DNA from: Octopus sinensis
Lineage: Eukaryota
Reading direction: 5' to 3'
NCBI RefSeq assembly: GCF_006345805.1
Contig: NC_042999.1
Span: forward strand, 141,360,001-141,424,000
Length of the DNA: 64,000 bases
The notes beneath the pieces are model-generated. The model was not told where the DNA came from. It ran no database searches and was given only the letters and a program-made list of their open reading frames with translations. Both the position numbers and the translations under genes were made by a program. Within the stretch, counting starts at the first letter, position 1. The number at the start of each line of letters is the position of its first letter. Shown one piece after another: positions 1 through 12,500 of the stretch.

Positions 1-129
1 CATTTCAAAAATAAATGAAGGGTCTAAGGGAGATAATTATTATAGCATTAACATACACTACTTCCAAATTAATATTAAAGAAATGGTCTAAGGGACATAA
101 TCATTATAGGATTTCAAAATACGGTGTGA

Positions 130-625
130 CACTTTTCTGTAGGTATGCTGTGTGTGTAATATAACGCCACAGATAACACGTGTGTGGGAGTGTAGAACTG
201 TAATAAGCTCCATTACCTCGTATCGCTATAAGTATTATTTTATTTTCGTTCTGTATTTATATTTGTTGAAGATCAGTTTTCTTTTTTCGCTGCTTACCTT
301 CACAATAGAAACCGTAGATCACTTTTATTTTATTCCCTGCTACTTTCAGAACAGAAACTGTAACTTTAGATTTAACTCCAACATTTTCCCTTTGTTTTAC
401 ACATTCCACATCAGAATTTATGAAGTCAGCTGTCATTCTCCTATCCTACTTTAGCATATTTGTACAACTTTTTATTTGAAACTATCCATTTTTCCTACAC
501 ATAAGAAAAAATTCAGTGGGGCACTCTTCTGTAGGTATGCCATATGTGTAATGTAATGACACACACATAACGTGTCATGTGTGTGCATAACTGTAATAAC
601 CTCTATTACTTTATAATGCTATAAG
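130..625 (+). repeat. About 100-bp diverged direct repeat (130-231 and 522-625) upstream of the Helitron relic
   Basis: CACT(T/C)TTCTGTAGGTATGC…ACTGTAATAA…GCTATAAG in both copies. Confidence 0.7.
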
Positions 626-1303
626 AAAAAGAGGAGCCGACGTTGAGGGTCGTCCAAGTATAAAATTATTTGACTCAACAATCGGAAAAGTTTCCTCTGT
701 GCATCCCAGTCACTATGAATGTTTCTTTTTGAGGCTGCTTCTTCATGAAATAAGAGTACTGACTTCCTTCTTCCTAATTGATGGTCAAACTGTTCATAAT
801 TATACAGAAGCATGTTTAGCCTTAAATTTCTTAGATGGCAATCAGTGGGATAGAACAATGGATTCAGTGTCATGCACACCTATTTCTTTCAGAGATCTTT
901 TTGTAATTCTTCTCCTGAATTGTGAAGTAAGTAATCCTTTAGTGTTGTGGCACAAATATAAGAATAATTTATCAGAAGACTACAAATGTCTAGCACAATT
1001 AAGATTCCCTGAGAGGAAAATAGCATTCAATGATGACATATATCTCGCTACATTGGTTGATATTGAAGATTGCATTGTATTGACGAGAGGGAAGGAGCTC
1101 GGCAAGTTTGGCTTACCTGAAACTCATCGAAATGAGCTGAATAATTTGATCGGAGAGGTTTTGTGAGAAACTTCATATGATATTGATTCATTAACAAGAT
1201 TCCTTGAAGAAAAAGACCTGAAACTTTCACCAGACCAACAACTTGCATATACAACAATCATTGAACAAGTGACACATAAAAGAAGATTATATTTTTTAGA
1301 TGT
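600..1303 (+). mobile_element. Helitron RepHel relic (pre-helicase region up to the Walker A start)
   Basis: TIGKVSSVHPSHYECFFLRLLLH…EACLAL…LFVILLLNC…LWHKYKNNLSED…LSPDQQLAY…YFLD, with an internal stop. Confidence 0.75.
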
Positions 1304-1395
1304 GGAGGCACATGGCCTAGTGGTTAGAGCAGCTGACTCACAGTCAAGGGATTGCAGGTTCAAATCTCAGACTGGGCGATGTGTGTTTATGAACA
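1304..1395 (+). mobile_element. tRNA-derived SINE head
   Basis: A-box TGGCCTAGTGG and B-box GGTTCAAATCT; no acceptor stem; continues into GTGTGTTTATG SINE-like body. Confidence 0.7.
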
Positions 1396-2450
1396 AATTT
1401 GTCCTGATCAAAAGGCCTGACGGGGGAAGGCATGGTCTGATATCGAATAAACAAAAATTTATATAAGACATTCTATTGTAAAAATTGCCCAGCAACGACA
1501 GGCTATTCATCTATGAAAGACGTTATAGTTTTATTGTTTCAGTATATTGGTAAAATTTTGATAAATCGTAATATGGTGACTTGAAAGCAAATATAAAAAA
1601 CACTACCTTTCACTTGTTAGTTTTACATTTGCTGTTGGACATATTGTAAAAGTTTTGACTGAGCATACGATCGTTAATTAAGTCATAGGTAAAGTTAAAG
1701 AACAAAGTATTAAAAAAAAACAAACCGATGTTCCCTTCAGTAAACACATTCTTTCCCTCCTGCTGTCTCTCACATTCAGTTGAAAAAAACCGCATTATTT
1801 ATGGGATGACCCAATATGCACACACAAACATACACAAACACAGCACAAGCTCAAATGTTTAATCATTGTACTTTTACAATTGTAAGTACATTCTGTTAAA
1901 GAATAGATTTGAGTAAAATTATGTACAATGATTAGTAAAGAAAAATAATAACTTCTTAAAGTCATTTCTATAACAGAAAAACTTTTCACCTTTGTCAAAT
2001 AAGAGTAAAAACCAATAAAAATGAAAAGTTCTAAACATAAAAACTATCAGTTCTAAATGAAGAGAACAAATAAACAAAGTAGAACTGGAAATAGAATAAT
2101 TTCAACTGAGAATCAAAACCAAGTGTTGAGCAATATTAATTTTAAATAATAGTTTTAAATTTTGGCAGAAGGCCTGAATTTATTTTAAATATTGAATGCC
2201 AAAATTACCATAATAAGCTTTGTTCTCAAACACAAAAATCAGTTTAAAAATGAGCATATTTAAATAGTCAGATTTCCGGAAGTGCCAGAAACTTTAAAGG
2301 ATGGGAAAAAAAAAAATGGACATAACTAAGCAGGGAAATAACAAAGGAAATATTAAACATTTTTATTTAAATAATATGAGACCATAACCCTTGGCCTATA
2401 CCAGTGGTGTAACCAGCCCACTAATGCGTACCTTTCCTTCATTGGACACT

Positions 2451-3328
2451 TCAGCTTAAATCTTGGACTTTTCAGTGTCAGGCCTGCGTGCCTCCACAAC
2501 CGACAATTGTGTCTCCCCCTGCCACTGCCGTGGAGGAGGCGGAACAGCAACAGCAGCAACAACAACAGTAGCAACAACAAAATCAACCACAACTAGAGCA
2601 GCAGCAACAACAAAATCAACCACAACCAGCAGCAGCGGCGGCGGCGGCGACGACGACGGCGACGGCGACGACGACGACGACAACGACGATTGACCAGTGC
2701 GGTTCTTGCAGAACTGCAACAATCGATCTGTGCTTTAAGAGGGGAAGTTGCAGGAATAAAAGCAAGCATTCAGGTTGGACTCCACAATGAAGGGTCTTAT
2801 CGGAATGCTCTGCTAAAGAACCTCCCTGTACCTCTTGCCGCATCTAAGACCACGGATTCTGCTACCCGTGAAGTTATTGTCATTGGGGTGCCAGAAGACA
2901 TGGCTGATCTTCAGGCATTTGCTGCCAACTCAGCCAAAGACCTAGGCTGCGTTCCCCCAACAGGTGCTCTCCGCCTTGGACGACCTGGCCCAAAACCCAG
3001 GCTCATCAAGCTGTCTTTTCCAGACCACGCTGAGGCAACCGCATACCATCTGGCCTCAGTTAAAGCTGGGCGTGAAAATCGGACGACCCTCCAAACACGC
3101 CCAGGCTTACCATCCGATGTATGTCCGAAGCTACGTGTAGCGGCTTCCCTGAACCGGAACTCAGCTCTACAGGAAAGCTTCAGTCTTCGTGAAGATGGAC
3201 AAATCTGGAGATTTGTTAAGACGGGTGAAACGTGGAAGAGAGATAACAGCTGGTCTGAGTGCTCTCTACCCACAATGACTGACACTGAAAAAAAAACTAA
3301 AAAAACTACAGCAACTCAGGGAAACTAA
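2451..3328 (+). pseudogene. CR1 ORF1 remnant (end of PHD-like finger, Gln-rich linker, coiled coil, RRM-like region)
   Basis: 2690..3328 is open (REVIVIGVPE…RLGRPGPKPRLIKLSF). An upstream frame reads SWTFQCQAC…EEAEQQQQ with a TAG at 2569 and a frame change inside the (GCG/GAC)n tract. Confidence 0.65.
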
Positions 3329-6150
3329 ATCTGAACAACCTGCCATCCTCTACACACCATCATAAACTGCAAGCAGGGTACAAATTGTTGTCCTTAAATG
3401 CTCGCAGTTTGTGCAACAAAATTCATTTGTCCAACGCCTACGTTGGAAGTATTGACCCTGACTTCATCACTGTCACGGAAACATGGGCGCATTCCTTACT
3501 CTGTGATGGGGTTTTCAACATCACTGGGTACAACCTCTTCCGCAAGGACCACATTAACCGCCGTGGTGGTGGTGTGATGGTCTACGTTCGTTCAAATTTT
3601 TCAGTAATTCCTTGTGCCGATTTGAACGAATCACAAGAAGAAGTTTTTTTCTGTGATGTACGTATGACCATGTCAACACTCCTGCTTGGTGTTGTTTATC
3701 GTCCCCCAAATTACCATCGGGACACACAGCTTTGCGATATCCTCCGAGTTGCTGCCAGGAAAACAGCCACTTATGTTTTCATTGCAGGCAATTTCAATCA
3801 TCCTGAGATCAATTGGGAAACCTTCCATTGGCCACAGAGTGCAAACGATTTTGTTGAGCTTGTACTGGACTCAAACTGGTCACAAGTAGTCACCTCTCCA
3901 ACAAGAGGCGACAACACCTTGGACCTGCTCTTCACCACAACTCCTGAAGCGGTTATCAATTGCACTACGGAGGAACCTCTAGGTGACTCTGATCATGCTA
4001 TGATCATCACCAATCTGGCTCTTGCGGGCAACAAAAACCTGAACCATCTCCAAACTGCTTCCTTCGATTGGAAGAGAGCAGATTGGAACCTGTACCACAC
4101 TGAACTACAGCACCCAAACTGGCGTGAATTCTACAACTCTGGAGATGTGAATACTATACTCCAGAGTATCCTGGACTCAATATGGGCAGCATGTGCAGCA
4201 TCAGTGCCATGTAAACAGAAAAAGAAGAACCGCCCCAAAAGTGCAATTTGGGAAACTTCAGCGGTCCGACTTGCCAGGAAGGAACGTCGAACAGCTGAAC
4301 GGGATTACAAGTTGCATAAATCAGACACCAACAGGAAGAAGCGGAATAAATCTTCCAACCATCTCAAGCAAGTGACAAAAAAAGCAGTGCTTGAATTTGA
4401 ACAGTGCATAGCAGCCAATCCTGACAGCAAGGTTTTCTGGAAATATGTGCATTCGAAGCAGAGACCTCCCTCTCCAGTGGGCCCTCTTCGCAAACCTCAC
4501 ACAAACCAGATCACTGACGACCCCAAGGAATGCGCAGAACTCATTGCCGAGTGCTATGCAAACATATTCACTGTTGAAAGTCAAAATGTACCATCTTCAC
4601 CATCTCTAACAGCAAATTCCATAACAACTATGGAATTTACACCTGCAATGCTGCGACGTCACCTTCAAAATAAGCGCAACTATGCCTCCCCTGGTCTTGA
4701 TGGAGTTACATACCTGCTTCTCAAACGTGGCAGGTACTTCCTTTTACACCAGCTCTCTACTTTCTTCCAGTACTGTCTCAACAATGGTGCTACTCCGGAA
4801 CAGTGGAAAACTGCCAGTGTCATTCCTCTGTTCAAGAAGGGCGACCGCACATCACCTGTCAACTATCGCCCAGTCAGTCTCACTAGCTGTATTGCAAAAC
4901 TGATGGAATCGTGTGTCAGAGAAACACTTTGGAACTTCTGGAGCTCACACAGTCTCATCCGACCCTCACAATATGGATTTGTCCCTAACTCCAGCTGCAG
5001 TGATCAGCTTGTCGAGTTCCTTGAGGACATTACTCAGATCACTGATAGTGGCTCATGGGTGGATGTTGTCTACCTTGACTTTGCTAAGGCTTTCAACTCT
5101 GTGCCACACAAAAGGCTTATGGTGAAACTCTCTGCAATGGGTGTGAGGGATGACCTTTTTAACTGATTGAAGTCCTTCATTCTCAACCGAAAGGAGGTAG
5201 TCACAGTTCTAGGACAGCATTCTACACCACATGAGATGTCATCAGGTGTACCACAGGGATCTGTCCTTGGTCCCCTCTTGTTTGTGGCATACATTAATGA
5301 CATAGATGCAAATTTAAAGAATGCCACAGTATTAAAATACGCAGATGACATCAAGCTGTACCTTGAAATCAAGAGGACAGATCCTGTTGTCTACAGCTCT
5401 TTCCTGCAATCAGACCTGGACACAATGCAGCAATGGATCACAGACTGGCAACTGAAACTGGCTGTGGACAAGTGTACCACCATGCATTTTGGGAGAAAAA
5501 ACCCTGCGTCCACATACTCCCTCCACAACATTGATATCAAGAAATCCTCTTGCGAGCGTGACCTAGGCATCACTGTCAGCAGTGATTTGCGTTGGACAAA
5601 GCATATCTCTAAAATTGTCAAGAAGGCCGAGGGTGTCTTGGCATCACTCAGCAAGACTTTTGTTAGCCGCTCTCCAGCCATCTATTTAAAACTGTATACA
5701 GCTATGGTACGACCACACTTGGAATTCGCATCATCAGTTTGGAACCCCTATCTTGCTCAGAACATTGACCTCCTGGAATCTGTTCAGAGACGTGCAACCA
5801 AACGCATACCCTCCATCAGACACCTACCATATTCTGAGCGCCTTGTTTCCCTGGGCATGGATTCACTGAAGCTCCGGCGTCTGGCGACGGACTTGGTAAA
5901 CGCCCACAAAGTTGTCAACCACCTCACCAATAACAACACTGAACACCTTTTTGATCTCCATGTGTCTAACACACGTGGACATGCCTACAAAGTCAGAAAA
6001 CAACACAGCTCCCATGACTTTCGGAAACATTTCTTCACACTCAGATTTGCTGAAGCATGGAATAAACTGCCTGCATCAGTTGTTGACTGCCATGACACTG
6101 CATCCTTTAAGGCCCTCATGCTTTCCAAAATCCGTCGAAACTACACCTGA
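3301..6150 (+). pseudogene. CR1 ORF2 endonuclease-reverse transcriptase with one in-frame stop (TGA 5164-5166)
   Basis: ORFs 3385..5166 and 5167..6150 are contiguous and in the same frame; the frame is open from 3301. Confidence 0.92.
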
Positions 6151-6220
6151 TTATATATACACTTTCGATGAGTTGTAGTGCACCTGAGCACTGTACACAA
6201 TGTTTATTATTATTATTATT

Positions 6221-6702
6221 TAAACTCTGCTTGCAAAGACCTGTTGAGGCAAGTGAAATCAAAATCAAATTCGATGACTGGCATCCGTGCTAGTGGAGCG
6301 CTAAGAGCACCATTCGAGCGTGATTGTTGCCAGAGCAGCTGACTGGCTTCCATACCAGTGGAACATAAAAGGCACCATTCAAGTGTGATTGTTACCAGCA
6401 TCACCCAACAGGCACTTGAAAAAATGTATTCGAGCAAGGTCGTTGCCAGTGCCACTGGACTGGCTTCTGTGCAGGTGGCACATAAAAAGCACCTTTTGAG
6501 CATAGTCATTGCCAGTACCACCTGACTGGCACATAAAAACACCCACTACACTCTCAGAGTGGTTGGCATTAAGAAGGGCTGTAGAAACTCTGCCAGATCA
6601 GATCGGAGCCTGGTGTAGCCATCTGGTTCGCCAGTCCTCAGTCAAATCATCCAACCCATGCCAGCATGGAAAACAGACGTTAAACGATGATATTGATGAT
6701 GA
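6221..6702 (+). mobile_element. RTE-3'-derived retroposon tail (its 5' part at 2372-2450 is displaced by the CR1 insertion)
   Basis: Collinear with 19365-19888 once the CR1 element is removed. Confidence 0.8.
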
Positions 6703-8700
6703 ATTGTAATATTTAAATTAGTAACATACCAAAATTTAGGCACAAAATCAACAAATTTTGAGAGGAGGGAATTAATTGATTACATTGACCACAGTATTTT
6801 ACTGGTATTTTATCAATCCTGGAGGAAATGATGATGATGGAGGAAAGGAAGATAAAAGTGCCTTCAGCAGAATTTGAACTTAGAATATGAAGTGTTATAC
6901 CTAAATACTGCAAAGAATTATGTCCACAGCCCAAAAGATAATCTCACATATACAAATTTTAAAATTTAAAGCTAATTACACATCACCTGTCTTTTACTAC
7001 CCAAACATTCAAGAACTGATGGTTCAGAAAGAGTATAACTGATGATTTGAAGAAAAAAAGAAAAAAGCTGTATCATTTCATAAGATAAAATGTTTATTAA
7101 ATTCTCCACATTTTGAATAATAAACCGATATTACATTAAAGTATTGATTTCTTTTAACTAGACATAAAATCTAATTTTCTTAAGAGAATGAAAATGAGAT
7201 ATCACAATTACTTTTTCCAAAGTTTAAGCAGCAGAAGAGAAATAATTTCAACTCAGAGTCAAAATCAAGTATCAATGCCCCAGTATCTTAGCTTATACTT
7301 TTACAACACTAACTACATTTTGTGACAAAATAATGTCCGAAAATTAAATTTCTTAATGTAAACCATTATATAAAAATTGCCAGGTTCTAGAATCATTAAA
7401 AAACTGAAAACAATCTTAATACTGGTATAATCAAAATACACAAATTTAGACAATAGCAGCATTTTATCTTAACTTTTCATGTTAGTAGATTTGGACAAGC
7501 TGTCATGATCTGAGCCAGTTCTTATTCAGAGTTTCTGCTTTCCTAGTTGAGTTGGAGAACATTTCACACTTTTAGCATGGTAACTAAAGCTTTCCTAACA
7601 CCAACCACTTAAATAGGTGCATTTTATTGTGGTACTAACACTAGAGTGGTTGTCATGACTATGAGTAGACAAGACTAAAGACTCTTCTCAATCCTAAGTT
7701 TCTTCCACTTACTCATCAATCACCTTACAGAGTGTACTGGGTGCACATTATTGGCTCAAATAAAATTCCCTTGTACCTTGAGTTCTCCATTCGTAGACGG
7801 CAATGTAATTAAGATAGTGAATAGGATAGAGGGTAATTAAAGAAGATGAACTAGGGTGAGAGGGAGAAAGAAGCAAAAGTATGATAGAAGGAGTAACAGA
7901 GTGATTAGTGTGACAGTGTGTTAGAAAAGGGAGAAATGAAAATGAAAGAGCAAGAAAGAGTAAGGTGAAGATAGAGACAGTAAAACTAAGGTGTAATGCA
8001 ACAGAAGGTGAGCGAGAGAAATTAATGGCAGTTGCATGTTTGCTGGTAAGCAAGAGAGTAAGTTATTTTTAATCATAGAAATGATCATGGTAGGAATGTG
8101 ATAGACGAATGAGTGACTTAAAAGTGAAGGAAAGGTGGCTGGCAGAACAGAAGGTTAAATGGAGGAATATATCAGATACCTATAGATCCAGTGCAATCCC
8201 TTGTTCCTCAAGCACTGTGATAGAGAGATAAGATGATGGTAATTGGGATTGATTAAGGGCAAATCTAATGCTATCCTTCATTGTGTAGGTAAGTAACTGA
8301 TAGAGAGACAAGAGGATATTGAATAGGCAGAAGTAGCAAATGGAAACTTAGCAGGTACAAAAATGGGCAACTTCTATTTTAATGTACGTTTGCATAGGCA
8401 ATTGGGGCTTTTCCAGTATTGTATGCTGTCATTTGTCATAGTTCTTTATCATTACCTTCATGATGTGCAATATAAATCTGTCATCCTCTATATACATCAC
8501 ATGAATTTATTCTCTTTACCCTACAGCTGATTCCTCCTATATTCAGTTTTCTCAACTTATTGCATTGTCATTCATGGACACTAACATTACACATCCAAGC
8601 AGAGTGTGCTTGCTTTGTTTCTTCCAAGTCTTCACAAATTCTCTTCATTCAAGACTTACAACTCATTACTATGCAGCATCACAGTTTGAATAAAAACATT

Positions 8701-8855
8701 CACTAGCGTAGCTAAAGCAGGGTGGTCTGCCCCAGGCAGCATTTTTAAAGGGGCACCACTTTTAGGTCTGCTGTAAATAATGTGTTTTTTGTGGGGTCTG
8801 GGGGCATCATACAGAAGGGCCGCCCTGGGCAGTACACAATCTAGCTATGCTAGTG
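8701..8855. mobile_element. MITE with 14-bp TIRs (CACTAGCGTAGCTA / TAGCTATGCTAGTG)
   Basis: TIRs 13/14 identical; the 8-bp flanks AAAACATT / CCAACATC match at 5/8 (possible decayed hAT-type TSD). Confidence 0.65.
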
Positions 8856-9142
8856 CCAACATCATAAAATCATACATAACCATCATAATAATGGAAACAA
8901 ATTCTTGCAACAGAACAAGTTCACAAATTTAAGAGAGAGTACAAATGGTTGCATTGGATCCAGTACAAAACTGTTCCTTACTGGTTGCTAAAATAAATAT
9001 CAAAGTCATTACTAGTAGAATCTGAACTTGGAATGTAATAGGACAAAATAAAATACTGAAAATCATTTTGTTCAACACTGTATTGATTTGCTCATACACT
9101 TAGTAAAAACCCCAAAACAATTTCATTGTTCTTGGTTTGATG

Positions 9143-9148
9143 TTTATT
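9143..9148 (-). terminator. Candidate bora polyadenylation signal AATAAA
   Basis: TTTATT on the plus strand about 300 nt past the bora stop codon. Confidence 0.35.
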
Positions 9149-9165
9149 TAAATGAAATTTTGTTA

Positions 9166-9235
9166 TTCAATAACATACTAAATAACTCGTTAGAAATAAT
9201 TTCAATAACATACTAAATAACTCGTAAGAAATAAT
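9166..9235. repeat. 35-bp tandem duplication in the bora 3' region
   Basis: TTCAATAACATACTAAATAACTCGT(T/A)AGAAATAAT x2. Confidence 0.9.
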
Positions 9236-9445
9236 GATTCAATAGAAAAATGTTTAGAAAAATACATTTAAAAAAAATAAGATGAAATATTTACATATTT
9301 AGTTATATAAATATAAGATATTTTTAAAAACTGTACAATTTATAAACAACTATCATACAAATGAATATGAAAATATGAAACAAATCTCATTAAAACCGTA
9401 ATAAAATGGATTATTTCCAAAGATGATATTTAAAATGTTTTTTGA

Positions 9446-9504
9446 TTAAAGTGCCTGAGAGAGATCATCATGAGCTTTTTTAAGAATTTCAGCAGCAGTT
9501 TCAC
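9446..9504 (-). CDS. bora: bora terminal coding exon (SETAAEILKKAHDDLSQAL*)
   Basis: Acceptor TTCTGTTTTATTTTCAG; phase 1 fits exon 9; TAA at 9448-9446. Confidence 0.75.
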
Positions 9505-12500
9505 CTGAAAATAAAACAGAATTTTATTTAACCCATATATATAAAATGAATTTCGTTTTTGGATTTGGTTTGCAAGATTCTTTATGTGAGTTCATGTGTT
9601 GAGGCATATTCTGTTGTGTCTGGGTAGACAGTCAACAACTATTAAAAAGGTTGCAAGATGCAATGAAAATTTTAGAAAAATAAATGAGTAAATGAGAGGA
9701 AACTTTACCAGTGAGTGTGTTAAATTATAAGGCACTAAAAGAGAATGACTCTCCCCAGACACAACAGAATACAAAACTAATGTTACAAAAATGCATCTCT
9801 CTCACATCTGAAACATTTTTCCAACAGAAAAAGAACATTTACTTGTCATTAACAATGCTGTAGATTAAAATTATATAACTATGGTTCTTAGGTTTGTAGT
9901 TTACCCAAGAGGATAACACTAAATACTCTCATAGTTAAAAAGTTATGTTTGTCAATGATTTTCAGAATTTTTCTAAAAAGCTTCAAATCTCTTAGCATTC
10001 ATAATAACTTAGTCTCATATATGCTGATATATTTATACAAAAATTACAAAACTAAAAAAAAAATGTACTTTCTGTGTGATATACAGATAGACATATTGTG
10101 ATCTAATTTAACTTTGTTTTTCTGTTAATGCACAATATAAACTGAAGGACAATTTCATTTGACCATATGTAAAAATAACTAAGATAACTGGCTAAACGGT
10201 CATCTCCATACTTGTATGTGACAGCAGATAGATCTTGCTATTAAATAATAGTTCGACAGTGGATTATCTTAGACCCTGTCAAAAAAATGAAAAAGAAAAA
10301 CAACACTGAACGAAGCTTACTAATATAAAACCAGAGATTTCACAATTAACCTAATTACAGCAATAGAACACTAAAAATGTTTTACAAGAATAGTTTACTT
10401 ACTTGCAGGTTTGAAAAGAGTCTTGTGTGTTGGAGTTGAAGCTCCAATAGGATGCCATTGGAAATTTGAAGCTTCATAAGAAGCTGTATTTTTAAAAAGA
10501 GTTTCAAGATGCTGTTTGTCACTTTGTGGTATGCTAGGTGTTAAATTTAGCATCTTGTGAGCTCGCTCAACTACATCTGCATAATCAAGATTAGATTTGT
10601 CTGCAATAGTCTTTTCTACATGTAGTCTGCTCCTAATTAGTGAAGTGTGATTAGGTTTACAATGAGAAGACTGATCTATAATATACTTATCTGTATCTGC
10701 ATTGTCTTGTAGTGATGATGTGCCCATGAAGCCTGATTTAGAAGTTTGAGACATTTCTGAACGTGAGCCAACATTGTATGACATGTATCCTGTATCTTGT
10801 TGAGATGTTGACACACTCTGCAAGCTATCTACATTAGTCACTTCAAACTTGGAAGGCATCATGCTAAAATTATTGGAGGTAGATAAGACACTGGTCATTT
10901 CAGAAAAATTCATTGAAATGTTACATTTTGGTTGAGCTTCTGGCATTTTCTTGATGCAAAATAATTGAGCTTCGTTTGATGGAATTCCGACTGTCTCTTT
11001 GGCAGTATAAATGTTAGAAGATGGTGGGGAAGTATGTCTTTGAACCACATTTTGTAAAGAGGGTTCTTCCTTTGATGTTTTTAATTCTTCTAAAGTAGTT
11101 CTTCTGCTGTCTGAGTCAATTTTAATAGAATTGACCAATTCAATTTCTTTTTGAACTGATGAAAACAAAGGTGACATTCCTTCGAGGCAACTGGGTTTTA
11201 AGCAGTTTGTATTGTTTTTAGAAAGCTTGTGACAAGGTGAAGAAACCGGAGTTTTCATTGAACTTTCCATTGGAACATCTGGAATTTTTTTAAATGGTAA
11301 AAATATCAATTTACAAAATAAGTTCATTTATGGTGCATGATTAATTCACACATAACAAGGATGGAAAATGTGTATGGAAGTGATGGACAAGAGATAAATA
11401 TGTAATACTGGATGTGTTGCAGAGACAATTTTGACTGTTTCAACAAAATCTATCTTCACAGCTATCTGAGAGCATTATATGCCTGCAAAGGACATCTAAG
11501 GCAAGCAACTTTGGCTAAAAGTCACCTCAGAGAAATAGCAATAACTCTAGATAGGAATATTAATCACACATCATACATTTTGTTCAGCACTAAAGTTAAA
11601 AGACTCGTCAGTTATAATCCCTTTACTGCTTATAGAGATTAAATGCACCTCTTCATTGTATCTGCTTACAATAAGATGAACTAAAATATTGAAACTAGGC
11701 ACAGGCAAGGCTGTGTGGTTGAGGAGTTTGCTTTCAAACCATATAGTTTCAGGTTCAGTCCCACTGTATGGCACCTTGGAGAAGTGTCTTCCACTATAGC
11801 CTCAGGCTGACCAAAACCTTGTGAGTGATTTGGTAGGCAGAAACTGAAAGAAGCTCATTGAATGTGCATGCACATGTATGTATGTGTGTGTGAGTGACGT
11901 TTTGTTCTTTTTCATTTACCAGTTTGTAAACAATGGCTTCCAAAAAGTGTCATTTGATTGTAGTCCACCACAAAAGCATGTCTGAGCTTCTCAACAGCTC
12001 TAGACAAGTTGTATGATCTTTGTAAACAAAAGGACCATTTATACAGTGTTGCTTGTTTCCAGTTTTTCACACAAGATATATCCAGGCTGTTTGCTGCTTG
12101 ATGAACTAGGAGATTATTAACTCACTTGTAAACAAGTGGGACTGATGACAAGAAGGGCATCCAGCAGTAAAATACTCTACTGCAACATACTTTCATCTCA
12201 TCCACACAACCATGAAAAAGTGTTAATAAACATCTATACCAGAAAAGGTGATCTAATGATTCAGTTATTGTAAATCTTACCAAATGATCAGCTGACTAAT
12301 ATCTAACAAGCTAAGACTCAGCAGACCTTAATTCCTTTACTTACAAGCCAATTTAAAATAAGTTAGACAACAATGACTTATTCATTAGCAAGCAGGCTGG
12401 TATCTTGCCTAACAGCCTGTTGATATCTAACAGTCAGTCAGCTACCTCACCTTTTAGTTACTTAATATCATAGTAATTCTCATTTAATAAATTTAGAAAC

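Larger units (their letters stand above)
2451..6221 (+). mobile_element. CR1-type non-LTR retrotransposon, 5'-truncated within ORF1, near-intact
   Basis: ORF1 remnant plus ORF2 with AP endonuclease (LNARSL, TETW, YRPP, G[D]FN, LDL, SDH) and RT (YRPVSL, QYGF, LDFAKAF, VPQGSVLGPLLF, YADD, RDLG); (TTA)n tail at 6204-6221. Confidence 0.93.

Noticed and set aside
1304-1376. tRNA-like sequence
   Set aside because: It has A/B boxes but no acceptor stem or proper cloverleaf, and runs into a SINE body.
2911-5972. Antisense and alternate-frame ORFs overlapping the CR1 LINE (likewise 60894-63331 over the RTE)
   Set aside because: Shadow ORFs of the retrotransposon coding strand.
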